From the NCBI GenBank assembly GCA_005879065.1, contig VBLU01000003.1, positions 1 to 55,847 on the forward strand: DNA of 55,847 nucleotides, written 5' to 3'. The translations under genes were made by a program, and so were the position numbers. Under the pieces are notes generated by a model. The model made no database searches, had not been told where the DNA came from, and saw nothing but the letters and a program-made list of their open reading frames with translations. Position 1 is the first letter of the stretch. Every line of letters begins with the position of its first letter. Shown here in pieces: positions 18,754-27,563 of the stretch. This DNA is from Methanobacteriota archaeon (GTDB lineage: Archaea > Thermoplasmatota > Thermoplasmata > RBG-16-68-12).

Positions 18754-19817
18754 CGGACGGCCATGTGCTCGAGGACAAGTCCCATTTCCGCGGGGTCTGG
18801 GTGTTCCTGGAGGGACGGGCGGGCGGGCTCCGCGACGTGAGCACGCAGCTGATCGGCGAAGGACGACGACTCGCCGATCTCCGGGGAACCCCCCTCACCG
18901 GGATCCTGCCCGGCCACGGGGTCGACGCGCTCGCAGAACGAGCGATCGGGTTCGGCCTCGACCGTGTGATCGTCGTGGACGATCCGATGTTGGAAATCTA
19001 CCGTTCGCGCCCGTACGCACAAGTGATGGCCCAGCTGGTCCGGCGGCAGAAGCCGGAGATCGTCCTGTTCGGGGCCTCGAAGAACGGACGGGACCTCGGA
19101 GGGCGGCTCCATGCGATCCTGGAGACCGGGCTCGCCGCGGACTGCGTGAAGTTCGACATCGACGCGGATGGCAACCTCGATATGATCCGACCGAGCTTCG
19201 GGGGGAAGAGCCTGGCCCACATCTTGTGCAAGAAGCACCGGCCGCAAATGGCCTCCGTCCGGAGGAACGTGTTCGTGGCGCCTCCGCACAATCCGGACCG
19301 CCGCGGCGAGATCGTCCACGAACGGGTGGAGCTGTCGCCGCAGGACCTCGATGCAAAGCTCCTCGAGTTCGATGAGTTCACCAAGGAAGGAGGCCTGCGA
19401 CCGGAGGAGGCGGACATCGTCGTGAGCGGCGGCTACGGCCTCGGAGACCCGAAGAACTTCCAATTGCTCCAGGATCTCGCGGACCGCCTTGGAGGGGCGA
19501 TCGCGGCTTCCCGAAAGGCCGTCGACAGCGGTTGGGTGCCGAAGACCCTGCAGGTCGGACAGACCGGGATGACGGTACGGCCGAAACTCTACATCGCCGT
19601 GGGGATCAGCGGCGCGGTCCAGCATCTGGCGGGAATGCAGGAGTCGGACAAGATCCTGGTGATCAACATCGACCCGAAGGCGCCCCTGTTCGAGATCGCG
19701 GACTATGGGATCGTCGGCGATCTGTTCGAGGTCCTCCCGGAAATGATCCGTCAACTCGACGCGCTCAAAGGCGGCGGAGTCGCCGGCCAGCCGGCGCTTC
19801 CGGCAGAAGCTCGCTGA
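18750..19817 (+). CDS. fixB: electron transfer flavoprotein alpha subunit
   Basis: C-terminal 355 codons of ORF 18453..19817. The GTG 18750 start overlaps the fixA stop (GTGA). FAD-binding motif VVSGGYGLG...IAASRKAVDSGW...QVGQTGMTVRPKLYIAVGISGAVQH. Confidence 0.88.
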   Translation: MTDGHVLEDKSHFRGVWVFLEGRAGGLRDVSTQLIGEGRRLADLRGTPLTGILPGHGVDALAERAIGFGLDRVIVVDDPMLEIYRSRPYAQVMAQLVRRQKPEIVLFGASKNGRDLGGRLHAILETGLAADCVKFDIDADGNLDMIRPSFGGKSLAHILCKKHRPQMASVRRNVFVAPPHNPDRRGEIVHERVELSPQDLDAKLLEFDEFTKEGGLRPEEADIVVSGGYGLGDPKNFQLLQDLADRLGGAIAASRKAVDSGWVPKTLQVGQTGMTVRPKLYIAVGISGAVQHLAGMQESDKILVINIDPKAPLFEIADYGIVGDLFEVLPEMIRQLDALKGGGVAGQPALPAEAR

Positions 19818-20484
19818 CGTTCACCCGGCGCAGCGTGAAGCCGAAGACGCCTTGGAAGTGCGCGATCACGGAGGCCTTCACGTCCTCGAGATCGATCGGA
19901 TGTCCGAGGCATTTCTCCATGGAGGTCATAATTCCGCCGTCATGGCCGCACGGCCGAATCTTCAGGAACTCCCGCAAGTCCGTCGTCACATTGAGCGCAA
20001 AGCCGTGGAACGTCACGCTCCGCCGCACCGCGAGCCCGATCGACGCGATCTTCTTGTCCCCGATCCAGACGCCCCGCTCGGGTCCCTCCCGGGTCGCGTC
20101 GATCCCGAAGTCGGAACAGGAACGGAGGAGCACGTCCTCGAGGTCCGTCACGAGCCGTTTCACCTCGAGGCGGTCCGGGAGTCGGAGGATCGGGTAGCCG
20201 ACGAGCTGCCCTAGCCCGTGATAGGTCGCTTCGCCACCCCGTTCGACCTCCACGATCTCCAGGCTCGGATCGAGGACGTCCTCCCGCTTCCCTCGACGGC
20301 CGAGGGTCGCGACGGGTTCGTGTTCGACGAGGATCAGTCCATCCGGGATGCGCTCCTCCGCGCGTCGGTCGACGAGGGCTTTCTGGAGGTCCCACACCTC
20401 GCGGTACGGTCGACGACCGAGGTCCAGCAACCAGGCGTCCCGGGCAATCACGATCGGACGCTCGCCTTCCGTCGTCGCCAGCAT
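19765..20484 (-). CDS. lipB: octanoyl-[ACP/GcvH]:protein N-octanoyltransferase
   Basis: LVEHEPVATLGRRG, RGGEATYHGLGQLVGYPI and KIASIGLAVRRSVTFHGFALNV motifs. Starts 4 nt after the E3 stop. Confidence 0.88.
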   Translation of the reverse strand: MLATTEGERPIVIARDAWLLDLGRRPYREVWDLQKALVDRRAEERIPDGLILVEHEPVATLGRRGKREDVLDPSLEIVEVERGGEATYHGLGQLVGYPILRLPDRLEVKRLVTDLEDVLLRSCSDFGIDATREGPERGVWIGDKKIASIGLAVRRSVTFHGFALNVTTDLREFLKIRPCGHDGGIMTSMEKCLGHPIDLEDVKASVIAHFQGVFGFTLRRVNVSELLPEAPAGRRLRRL

Positions 20485-20488
20485 GGTC

Positions 20489-21889
20489 TCAGCGGTTCAA
20501 CACGTGGATCGCCTCGCCGAGGGCCGCTTCCGCGCTCTCCATGATCGCCTCGGGCAAGGTTGGATGAGGATGGATCGTCAGGGCGATGTCCGCGATGGTG
20601 GCACCCATTTCGATCCCGAGGGAGAGCTCGCTGATCAGGTCGCTCGCATCGGGTCCGGCGATCGTCGCTCCGAGGAGCACGTTCGAGGAGGGGTCTGCGA
20701 GGAGCTTCACGAAGCCATCGTACTCGCCGGTCGTGAGGGCGCGCCCGATCGCGGCGAAGGGCACCTTCCCGATCCGGACCTTCCGACCCTGGGCGACCGC
20801 CTCGGGTTCCTGGAGTCCCACCGTCGCGATCTCCGGATCTGTGAAGATCGCCGCCGGCAAGGCGCGGTAGTCGAGTTCGGCCGGATGGCCCGCGATGACC
20901 TCGGCGGCGATGAGGCCTTCCTTGGTCGCCTTATGCGCGAGGAACGGGGGCCCGACGACGTCGCCGATCGCAAACACGTGCGGGTTCGACGTGCGCAGCT
21001 GGCGGTCCACCTTGACGTACCCTCGCGGTGCGAACTCGACGCCCGCCCGGTCGACGTTCAGCTCGTCCGTGTTCGGCCGCCGGCCGACGGTGACGAGGAC
21101 GCAGTCGGCGCGTCGAGCGATGAGGCCCTCGGGGGTCAGGACGTCGATGACCGTCTGGTCTTTGTCCACGCGCCATCCGCGGGCCTGGGATTTCGTGTGG
21201 ACCTCGATCCCGAGCTTCTGGAGGCGGCGCCCAACGATCCGGGCGGCCTCCGGGTCGGTCCCCGGGAGGATCTGATCCAGGATCTCGATCACCACGACGC
21301 GGGTGCCGAGCTTCGCGTAGAACGTCCCAATCTCGAGTCCGGAGATCCCGCCTCCGATCACCGCGAGGTTCAGCGGGATTCGCGGGAGCTCGAGCGCTTC
21401 CTTCGTGCTGAGCACGCGCTTCCCGTCGAACCGGAATGCCGGGAGATCGGAGGGCCGTCCTCCGGTCGCGATGATCGCATCCGTGAACGCGATTTCCTCG
21501 GCGCCCGAGGAAGTCCGGACCGTCGCCCGGTCCGGCCCCGTGAAGGACGCATGTCCGGCCAGGACGTCCACGCCGTTCCCTTTGCACAGTTGGCCGACTC
21601 CGTTCGAGAGGCGTTGCACCACGGCGCTCTTCCATTGCTGGAGGCGGGCCATGTCCACCTTGACCGGGCCTGTCTCGACCCCTCGTTCGGTGGCCCGTTC
21701 GATCGCGTGGACGAGGTTCGCAGTGTGGATAAGCGCCTTACTCGGGATGCATCCGTAGTTCAGGCATTCGCCTCCGAGTCTGTCCCGTTCGACGAGGAGG
21801 ACGCGCTTGCCGAGTTGCGCCGCGCGAATGGCAGCGGGATAGCCGCCAGGACCCGCCCCGATGACGAGGACGTCGACCTGGCGGACCAT
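20489..21889 (-). CDS. lpdA: dihydrolipoyl dehydrogenase (E3)
   Basis: ORF 20489..21916. VDVLVIGAGPGGY, redox-active disulfide GGECLNYGCIPSK, C-terminal HPHPTLPE. Start taken at ATG 21889. Confidence 0.93.
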   Translation of the reverse strand: MVRQVDVLVIGAGPGGYPAAIRAAQLGKRVLLVERDRLGGECLNYGCIPSKALIHTANLVHAIERATERGVETGPVKVDMARLQQWKSAVVQRLSNGVGQLCKGNGVDVLAGHASFTGPDRATVRTSSGAEEIAFTDAIIATGGRPSDLPAFRFDGKRVLSTKEALELPRIPLNLAVIGGGISGLEIGTFYAKLGTRVVVIEILDQILPGTDPEAARIVGRRLQKLGIEVHTKSQARGWRVDKDQTVIDVLTPEGLIARRADCVLVTVGRRPNTDELNVDRAGVEFAPRGYVKVDRQLRTSNPHVFAIGDVVGPPFLAHKATKEGLIAAEVIAGHPAELDYRALPAAIFTDPEIATVGLQEPEAVAQGRKVRIGKVPFAAIGRALTTGEYDGFVKLLADPSSNVLLGATIAGPDASDLISELSLGIEMGATIADIALTIHPHPTLPEAIMESAEAALGEAIHVLNR

Positions 21890-21975
21890 CGGCGTGCGAA
21901 GGGACGCGCAGCCCATATCCTTTTTGCGTCCGCACCGCCGGCCCGTGGCGTTGACGGGAGGCCCGCGTTAGAACA

Positions 21976-23214
21976 CTATTCGAGGCCGACGAACAGGAGG
22001 GCGGGATGCTCGAGGGAGTTCCGGACATTCTGGACGAAGGCGGCCCCGACGTGCCCGTCGATCACGCGGTGGTCGAACGAGCACGACAGGTACATCATGT
22101 CGCGGATCACGACCTGGTCGTTCCGGACGACCGGGCGCTTTTCGATCTTGTGGACGCCAAGGATGGCGACCTCGGGCCAGTTGATGATCGGCGTCGCCAA
22201 GATGCCGCCCTCCTTCCCGAGGGACGTGATCGTGAACGTGGAGCCGAGGACGTCCTCGAGGGCGAGGCGCTTCTCGCGCGCCGCGTTTGAGAGTCGCTCG
22301 AGTTCCTTCGCGAGGCCCCACAGATCCTTCTTGTCCGCGTCATGGACGACCGTGACCGTGAGGCCTTCGTCCGTCGCGGTCGCGATCCCGATGTGGAAGT
22401 ATTTCTTCAGCACGATCTCGCCGCGTTCGTCGTCCACGGACGCGTTCAACGTGGGGAATTCCTTCAGGGCACCGAGGATCGATTTGATGAAGAACGGGAG
22501 GAAGGTGAGCTTGAGGCCCTTCCGTTCCGCGGCCTCCTTCAGATGGTCCCGCAGGTGGACCAGTTGGGACATGTCCACCTCTTCGACGTACGTGAAATGG
22601 GCCGCGGTCACGTTGGACTTCGCCATCTTTTCGAAGATCCGCTTGCGAAGGCCGTGGATCGGAATCCGCTCCTCCCCGCCCTGCACCGGTCGCACGGACA
22701 CAGCCGCAGGTGGGGCCAAGGAGGTCGCGGGCTTGGGCGTCATCGCGGGCGTCTGCGCCCCCTTGCGCACGTCGTCCTCCGTGATCCGCCCTTGCGGGCC
22801 GGTCCCCCGGAGCGCGCCCAGGTTCACGCTCAGTTCCTTCGCGAGTCGCCGCACGGCCGGCGCCGCGAGGGCCTCGCCGGACGAGGGCGGCGGAGGCGGT
22901 GCACTCGCTTTCGGGGGCGCCGAGGGGACGATGGTCGGCCGCCCGGCCGTCGCGGGATTGGTCGGGGCGGCCTCCCCCGCCTCTCCGAACACGACGAGGG
23001 TCGCGCCGACCTTCACGACCTCGCCTTCCTTCGCGCGGAGCTGGAGCACCTTGCCCGTCACCGGCGAGGGGATCTGGACCGTGACCTTGTCCGTCATCAC
23101 CTCCACGACCGGATCATTCTCCCGGATCGGGTCGCCTTCCTTGACGAACCACTTGACGACCTCGCCTTCGTGGACGCCCTCCCCGATGTCGGGGAGCTTG
23201 AACTCGCGGGCCAT
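21976..23214 (-). CDS. dihydrolipoamide acyltransferase (E2)
   Basis: Lipoyl domain with EVMTDKVTV, an Ala/Pro linker, a subunit-binding domain (PAVRRLAKELSVNL) and the catalytic motif SFDHRVIDG. Confidence 0.92.
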   Translation of the reverse strand: MAREFKLPDIGEGVHEGEVVKWFVKEGDPIRENDPVVEVMTDKVTVQIPSPVTGKVLQLRAKEGEVVKVGATLVVFGEAGEAAPTNPATAGRPTIVPSAPPKASAPPPPPSSGEALAAPAVRRLAKELSVNLGALRGTGPQGRITEDDVRKGAQTPAMTPKPATSLAPPAAVSVRPVQGGEERIPIHGLRKRIFEKMAKSNVTAAHFTYVEEVDMSQLVHLRDHLKEAAERKGLKLTFLPFFIKSILGALKEFPTLNASVDDERGEIVLKKYFHIGIATATDEGLTVTVVHDADKKDLWGLAKELERLSNAAREKRLALEDVLGSTFTITSLGKEGGILATPIINWPEVAILGVHKIEKRPVVRNDQVVIRDMMYLSCSFDHRVIDGHVGAAFVQNVRNSLEHPALLFVGLE

Positions 23215-23448
23215 CGGTTTCCTCGTTTCGACACCCGTCGCAAGACCGCAATCGGCTTAACATTTTGCACGGCCACGCGTGTGCCTTTCGGTCTCGAGGC
23301 GAATCATTTTATGGGCACCGTCCAATGCCCTCTCGGGGAGGAGTGGGGACGTGGAGGAGTGGCACAGACCGGTGGGCGTGATTTGTGCCCGGCGCTTCGC
23401 GCCGGAGAGATTCCCGTCCTGCTCCTCCTTTCTCTGAGGGGGACCTGG

Positions 23449-23859
23449 ATGCGCCGTCCGGCCGGCATCACGGTTCTCGGCGCTCTGGTCTCGTTGGCCG
23501 CGCTCATCATGGTCCTGATCGGCATCGCCTCCTTCTTCGTCGGCCTTGCGTTCCTGATCCCTGGGACCCCGATTTCCGGGACCGAGCTGGTCCTGAACGG
23601 CATCCTCTACTTCTTCATCGGGGTCGCCTTGGGCATCGCGGGCGGAGGACTCCTGATGATGCGGCCCTGGGCGTGGGGGGTCGCCCTCATCGCGACGTTG
23701 GTGACCCTCGCCTACCTGGGATATCGAGTATACGAACGGTCGAACGCGGGATCCGGTACTACGCTCACTTCGTTGTTGACCCTCGGGATCGTCGCCATCA
23801 TCTTTGTCTATCTGCTTTCCGCGTCCCGCGCCTTCCGGCGATCCGCTCGCTCGATGTGA
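23449..23859 (+). CDS. small integral membrane protein (about 4 TM helices)
   Basis: Last 136 codons of ORF 22342..23859. ATG 23449 is preceded by GAGGGGG. Hydrophobic segments LGALVSLAALIMVLIGIASFFVGLAFLI, LNGILYFFIGVALGIAGGGLLMM, WAWGVALIATLVTLAYLGY and LLTLGIVAIIFVYLL. Confidence 0.6.
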   Translation: MRRPAGITVLGALVSLAALIMVLIGIASFFVGLAFLIPGTPISGTELVLNGILYFFIGVALGIAGGGLLMMRPWAWGVALIATLVTLAYLGYRVYERSNAGSGTTLTSLLTLGIVAIIFVYLLSASRAFRRSARSM

Positions 23860-23882
23860 CCTCGACCGGTCGTCCGGCGGAC

Positions 23883-24854
23883 TCAGAACGCCATGACCTT
23901 GTCGATCGCCGCGAGGACGCGGTCCGAATTCGGCAGGTAGACGTCCTCGAGCGCGTACGGGAACGGCGTGTCGAATCCCGTCACGCGGACGATCGGACCG
24001 CGGAGGTACTCGATCGCCTTCTCCGCGAGGATCGCACTGATCTCCGCTCCGAACCCGGCGGTCCGGGGGGCCTCGTACACGACGACGGCGCGGCCGGTCT
24101 TTTTCACCGACGCGAGGACCGCTGGTTCATCGAGCGGGACCAGGGTGCGAAGGTCGATCACCTCCGCCTCGACGCCTTTCGCGGCGGCCTTCGTCGCGGC
24201 CTCGAGGCACACCTGCGCCATGTATCCGTAGGCGATCAGCGAGACGTCCTTGCCCGGCCGACGCACCGCGGCCTCCCCGAGCGGCACGAGGACCTCTCCC
24301 TCCGGGACCTCCTCCCGGGAGGACCGGTACAGTTTCTTCGGCTCCAGGAACATGACCGGATCCGGGTCGCGGATCGAGGCGGTCAGGAGCCCCTTCGCCT
24401 CCTTCGGCGTCGAGGGGACGACGACCTTCAACCCCGGCGTATGGCAGAAGTACGCCTCGGACGACTGGGAATGGTAGTGGCCGCCGCGGATCCCGCCTCC
24501 GAACGGAGTGCGGATCGTCATCGGGACGGTGAACTGGCCTCCGGAACGGTAGCGCATCTTGGCGGCCTCGGAGACGATCTGGTCGAAGGCCGGGTAGATG
24601 AAGTCCATGAACTGGATTTCCGGGACCGGACGCAGGCCGTACAAGGCCATCCCGATCGCGGTGCCGATGATCCCGCCTTCCGCGAGGGGCGTGTCGAAGA
24701 CGCGGTCCGGGAACTCGTCCAGGAGGCCCTCCGTGCATCGGAAGACGCCGCCGTTCCGGCCGACGTCTTCTCCAAGGACGATTACGCGGTCGTCTCGCCG
24801 CATCTCTTCGCGCAACGCGTTGTTGATCGCCTGCACCATCGTCATCGCCGGCAT
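23883..24854 (-). CDS. 2-oxoacid dehydrogenase E1 component beta subunit
   Basis: [13 protein letters not shown]...VLGEDVG...[10 protein letters not shown]...[12 protein letters not shown], a transketolase-like pyrimidine-binding fold. ATG 24854 lies 2 nt after the TPR stop. The alternative GTG 24860 overlaps that stop. Confidence 0.92.
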   Translation of the reverse strand: MPAMTMVQAINNALREEMRRDDRVIVLGEDVGRNGGVFRCTEGLLDEFPDRVFDTPLAEGGIIGTAIGMALYGLRPVPEIQFMDFIYPAFDQIVSEAAKMRYRSGGQFTVPMTIRTPFGGGIRGGHYHSQSSEAYFCHTPGLKVVVPSTPKEAKGLLTASIRDPDPVMFLEPKKLYRSSREEVPEGEVLVPLGEAAVRRPGKDVSLIAYGYMAQVCLEAATKAAAKGVEAEVIDLRTLVPLDEPAVLASVKKTGRAVVVYEAPRTAGFGAEISAILAEKAIEYLRGPIVRVTGFDTPFPYALEDVYLPNSDRVLAAIDKVMAF

Positions 24855-24856
24855 GT

Positions 24857-25408
24857 TCACGACCTCGTGGCGTAGTATTCCTGGTACGGATCTTCGGTCG
24901 GAGTACCGCCCGGGAGCCGCCCCTGCATGTCCGGATCATCTTTGAACGGCCTCAGGTCCGGGTCCTCGTCGAGCCGGTCCCGGAGATCCGGTTGCAGTTC
25001 CACGGCCCTCGCGAATTGCTCGATCACCTTGGACTTGTCTCCCATCCGGGCGGCGATGCGCGCTAGGTTGAAGTACGTGCTCGCCCGCGTCGGCTCCAAC
25101 CCGACAGCGTGCTCGAACGCCTCGAGCGCCCCGTCGAGATCGCCCGCGTGGAACAGGTCGTACCCGAGGCTGTTCCAGCCCTGCGGGTTGTCGGGGTCCG
25201 CGTCGCACAGCAGGCGGTCGACCCGCGCCGCCTCGGCGTAGTCGCCTTCCGCCCCCAAGCACGCGGCCGCGAGGGCGCACGCGTCTCCGTCCACCTCGCC
25301 CTTCCGTTGCAAGAGCGGCCGGACGAGGGCGAGGGCCTCCTTGGCACGGCCCTGCTTGAACAGCTCGTGCGCCCGCTGGAGCCCCGAGGCCGACGACGGT
25401 GCGGACAC
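24857..25408 (-). CDS. TPR-repeat protein
   Basis: Very strong GC3 bias. TPR consensus stretches [29 protein letters not shown] and [34 protein letters not shown] 25408 is the first in-frame start downstream of the E1alpha stop at 25440. Confidence 0.65.
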   Translation of the reverse strand: MSAPSSASGLQRAHELFKQGRAKEALALVRPLLQRKGEVDGDACALAAACLGAEGDYAEAARVDRLLCDADPDNPQGWNSLGYDLFHAGDLDGALEAFEHAVGLEPTRASTYFNLARIAARMGDKSKVIEQFARAVELQPDLRDRLDEDPDLRPFKDDPDMQGRLPGGTPTEDPYQEYYATRS

Positions 25409-25439
25409 GGGAGCGGCGGGCCCTTTCTTCGGCGTGCGC

Positions 25440-26513
25440 TCACCTCCCGCGAGGGGCGAGGAAGGCGTCCCGCTGATCCCGCAAGTGGTCGGGCATGTCC
25501 GCGTACACGTCCGTGAAGAGGGTCTCGACCGCGGGGGGCGGGGCGCGCTCTGCCTCCTGGATCGCCCGGGTGATTTCGTCTCCGATCTCCTGTTCGAGCC
25601 GGGCCTCTCGCCCGTCGTCCCACCAGCCGGCATGCTCGAGGTACCTCCGGTAGCGGGCGATCGGATCTCGCGCGCGCCACAGGGCGACCTCCGATTCATC
25701 CCGATACCGAGACGGGTCGTCACTTGAGGAATGCGGGCCGAGCCGGTACGTCACTGCCTCGATCATCGTGGGGCCATGGCCCTCCCGGGCGCGACGGGCC
25801 GCGTCGCCGGTGGCCCGGAAGACCGCGAGCGCGTCCATGCCGTCGACGCGGACTCCGTCGAAGCCATACGCGGGCGCTTTCTGCGCGAGGGTCGCGGAGG
25901 CCGTCTGCTTCGCGACGGGGACCGAGATGGCCCACTGATTGTTGTTGCAGAGGAACACGGTCGGCGTCCGGAAGACGCCCGCGAAGTTCATCGCGGCGTG
26001 GAAGTCCGCGGTGCTCGTCGCGCCATCTCCGAAGAAGACGAGGACGGCGTGCGGCTCGCCGCGGAGCCGCATGGCCCACGCGATGCCGACCGCGTGGGGG
26101 ATCTGTGTCCCGACCGGCGAGCTGATCGAGAGGTAGTTTCCCTTCCGGTAGACATAGTGGCAGGGCATCTGACGGCCGTGCACGGGATCCTCCGCATTTC
26201 CGATGAGCTGGCACAGCAACTCCTTCAGCGGCATCCCGCGGACGAGCGCCGCGCCGGGTTCGCGGTACTGGGGGACGATCCAATCCTCCGGTTCCATGGC
26301 CATCGCGGCCCCGACGATCGCCGCCTCCTGGCCGAGCGAGGGTCCGTAGAAGCCGATCCGGCCTTGGCGTTGCAGTGCGAGCATCCGGTTGTCGAGGATC
26401 CGCTGCAGGCTCATCCCGCGGTACAATCGGACGGCGTCCTCCTCCGACAACCCGGGGTCCAGACGGGGGTCTGCCGAGCCGTCGTCACGGATGATGTGGA
26501 GGGCATCGACCAC
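25440..26513 (-). CDS. 2-oxoacid dehydrogenase E1 component alpha subunit, paralog 2
   Basis: C-terminal 357 codons of ORF 25440..27257. GTG 26513 is preceded by GAGG. LQRQGRIGFY and GDGATSTADFHAAMNFAGVFRTPTVFLCNNNQWAIS. Confidence 0.9.
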   Translation of the reverse strand: MVDALHIIRDDGSADPRLDPGLSEEDAVRLYRGMSLQRILDNRMLALQRQGRIGFYGPSLGQEAAIVGAAMAMEPEDWIVPQYREPGAALVRGMPLKELLCQLIGNAEDPVHGRQMPCHYVYRKGNYLSISSPVGTQIPHAVGIAWAMRLRGEPHAVLVFFGDGATSTADFHAAMNFAGVFRTPTVFLCNNNQWAISVPVAKQTASATLAQKAPAYGFDGVRVDGMDALAVFRATGDAARRAREGHGPTMIEAVTYRLGPHSSSDDPSRYRDESEVALWRARDPIARYRRYLEHAGWWDDGREARLEQEIGDEITRAIQEAERAPPPAVETLFTDVYADMPDHLRDQRDAFLAPRGR

Positions 26514-26624
26514 GCTGTTCCTCGCACCCCCAGAGGACCGGAGCGACAAAACCACTGGGGCGGCCTTAAGCCTTCCGACCCCGGAATCTCTAAGAGTTTT
26601 GCACCGTTGTCCGCGCGGTGATCC

Positions 26625-27563
26625 GTGAAAATTCCGCAGCGGACCCGGGGCTACCTGGCCATCGTCGTCGCGGCGGTCCTCTTCGGCGTGTGGCCGAGCC
26701 TCTCGAAGCTCGTGGTGAATGAGGTCCACCCGTTCGTGATTTCGTTCCTCATCCAGTTGATCCCGGCGGTCGCGTTGTTGCCGAGCCTCCGGCGTCTCCG
26801 GGTCGCGCGGTCGGATTGGAAGTTCTTCGCCCTGTCCGGTGTCATCGGAACCGTAGCGGGCCCGATCACCTACTTCTACGGCCTTGAGCGGACGACCGCG
26901 TCGAATGCCGTCTTCCTGTCGAACAGCGAATCCCTGTTCACAATGCTCTTCGCGTACGCCTTCCTCGGGGAGCGCGCGACGCGCCGAGAATACGTGGCCC
27001 TCGGAGGCATCGCGGTCGGCGCGTTCATCGTGGCCACCGAACTCCGGTTCGGCGATGTCCAGTTCCTCCAGTTCCTGATCGGAAACCTGATGCTCATCGG
27101 AGCAGCCGTTTGTTGGGGCGTGAGCAACACGACGAGTACGGTCCTGCTCCGGCGGATTCCCATCGTCGCATTGCTCGAGATCCAACTCCTCTTCGGGGCA
27201 GCGTCCTTCGCGGCGATCCTCGTCGTCTCGAACACACCGGTCGCTGTCCCCATTCACATCCTCCCTGTGCTCGTCCTGCTGGCGGTGAGTGCGGTCGGGG
27301 TCTTCTCGGTCCTGTTCTTCTACGCGTTCCGCACGATCGGTGCGATGCGGACCGGCGCCGTCCTGCCGACGTCCGCGCTATGGGGCATCCTCGTCGCCCT
27401 GTATCTGTTCCCGAACGAGACCCTCAGCGGCATTCAGATCCTGGGCGGGGCGCTCATGGTCGCGGCCCTGGCCGTGTTCTACCTCTTCCGAGGACCGTCC
27501 AAGATAGAAGCCGCGGGCGAAACCTTGAAACCGGACGCGTCGGATGGTCCGGATTCACCGTGA
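26625..27563 (+). CDS. EamA/DMT family transporter
   Basis: 312-aa polytopic membrane protein with duplicated EamA architecture. GTG start. Confidence 0.85.
   Translation: MKIPQRTRGYLAIVVAAVLFGVWPSLSKLVVNEVHPFVISFLIQLIPAVALLPSLRRLRVARSDWKFFALSGVIGTVAGPITYFYGLERTTASNAVFLSNSESLFTMLFAYAFLGERATRREYVALGGIAVGAFIVATELRFGDVQFLQFLIGNLMLIGAAVCWGVSNTTSTVLLRRIPIVALLEIQLLFGAASFAAILVVSNTPVAVPIHILPVLVLLAVSAVGVFSVLFFYAFRTIGAMRTGAVLPTSALWGILVALYLFPNETLSGIQILGGALMVAALAVFYLFRGPSKIEAAGETLKPDASDGPDSP

Noticed and set aside
20348-23260. 970-aa plus-strand ORF, the longest in the track
   Set aside because: It is antisense to the clearly homologous E3 and E2 genes. Its product is Arg/Pro/Gly/Ala-rich low-complexity sequence with no motifs. 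This is a typical stop-poor shadow frame in GC-rich DNA.
25409-25723. Upstream 105 codons of the TPR ORF (track ORF 24857..25723)
   Set aside because: They would overlap the 3-prime end of the E1alpha gene by up to about 280 nt, and they encode Ser/Arg/Pro-rich sequence. TPR homology and GC3 bias begin after the E1alpha stop.
26514-27257. N-terminal 247-aa extension of the E1alpha ORF (track ORF 25440..27257, 605 aa)
   Set aside because: The extension is low-complexity Arg/Asp/Glu sequence and is antisense to the EamA transporter at 26625..27563. Homology to E1alpha begins at GTG 26513, which has a GAGG SD.
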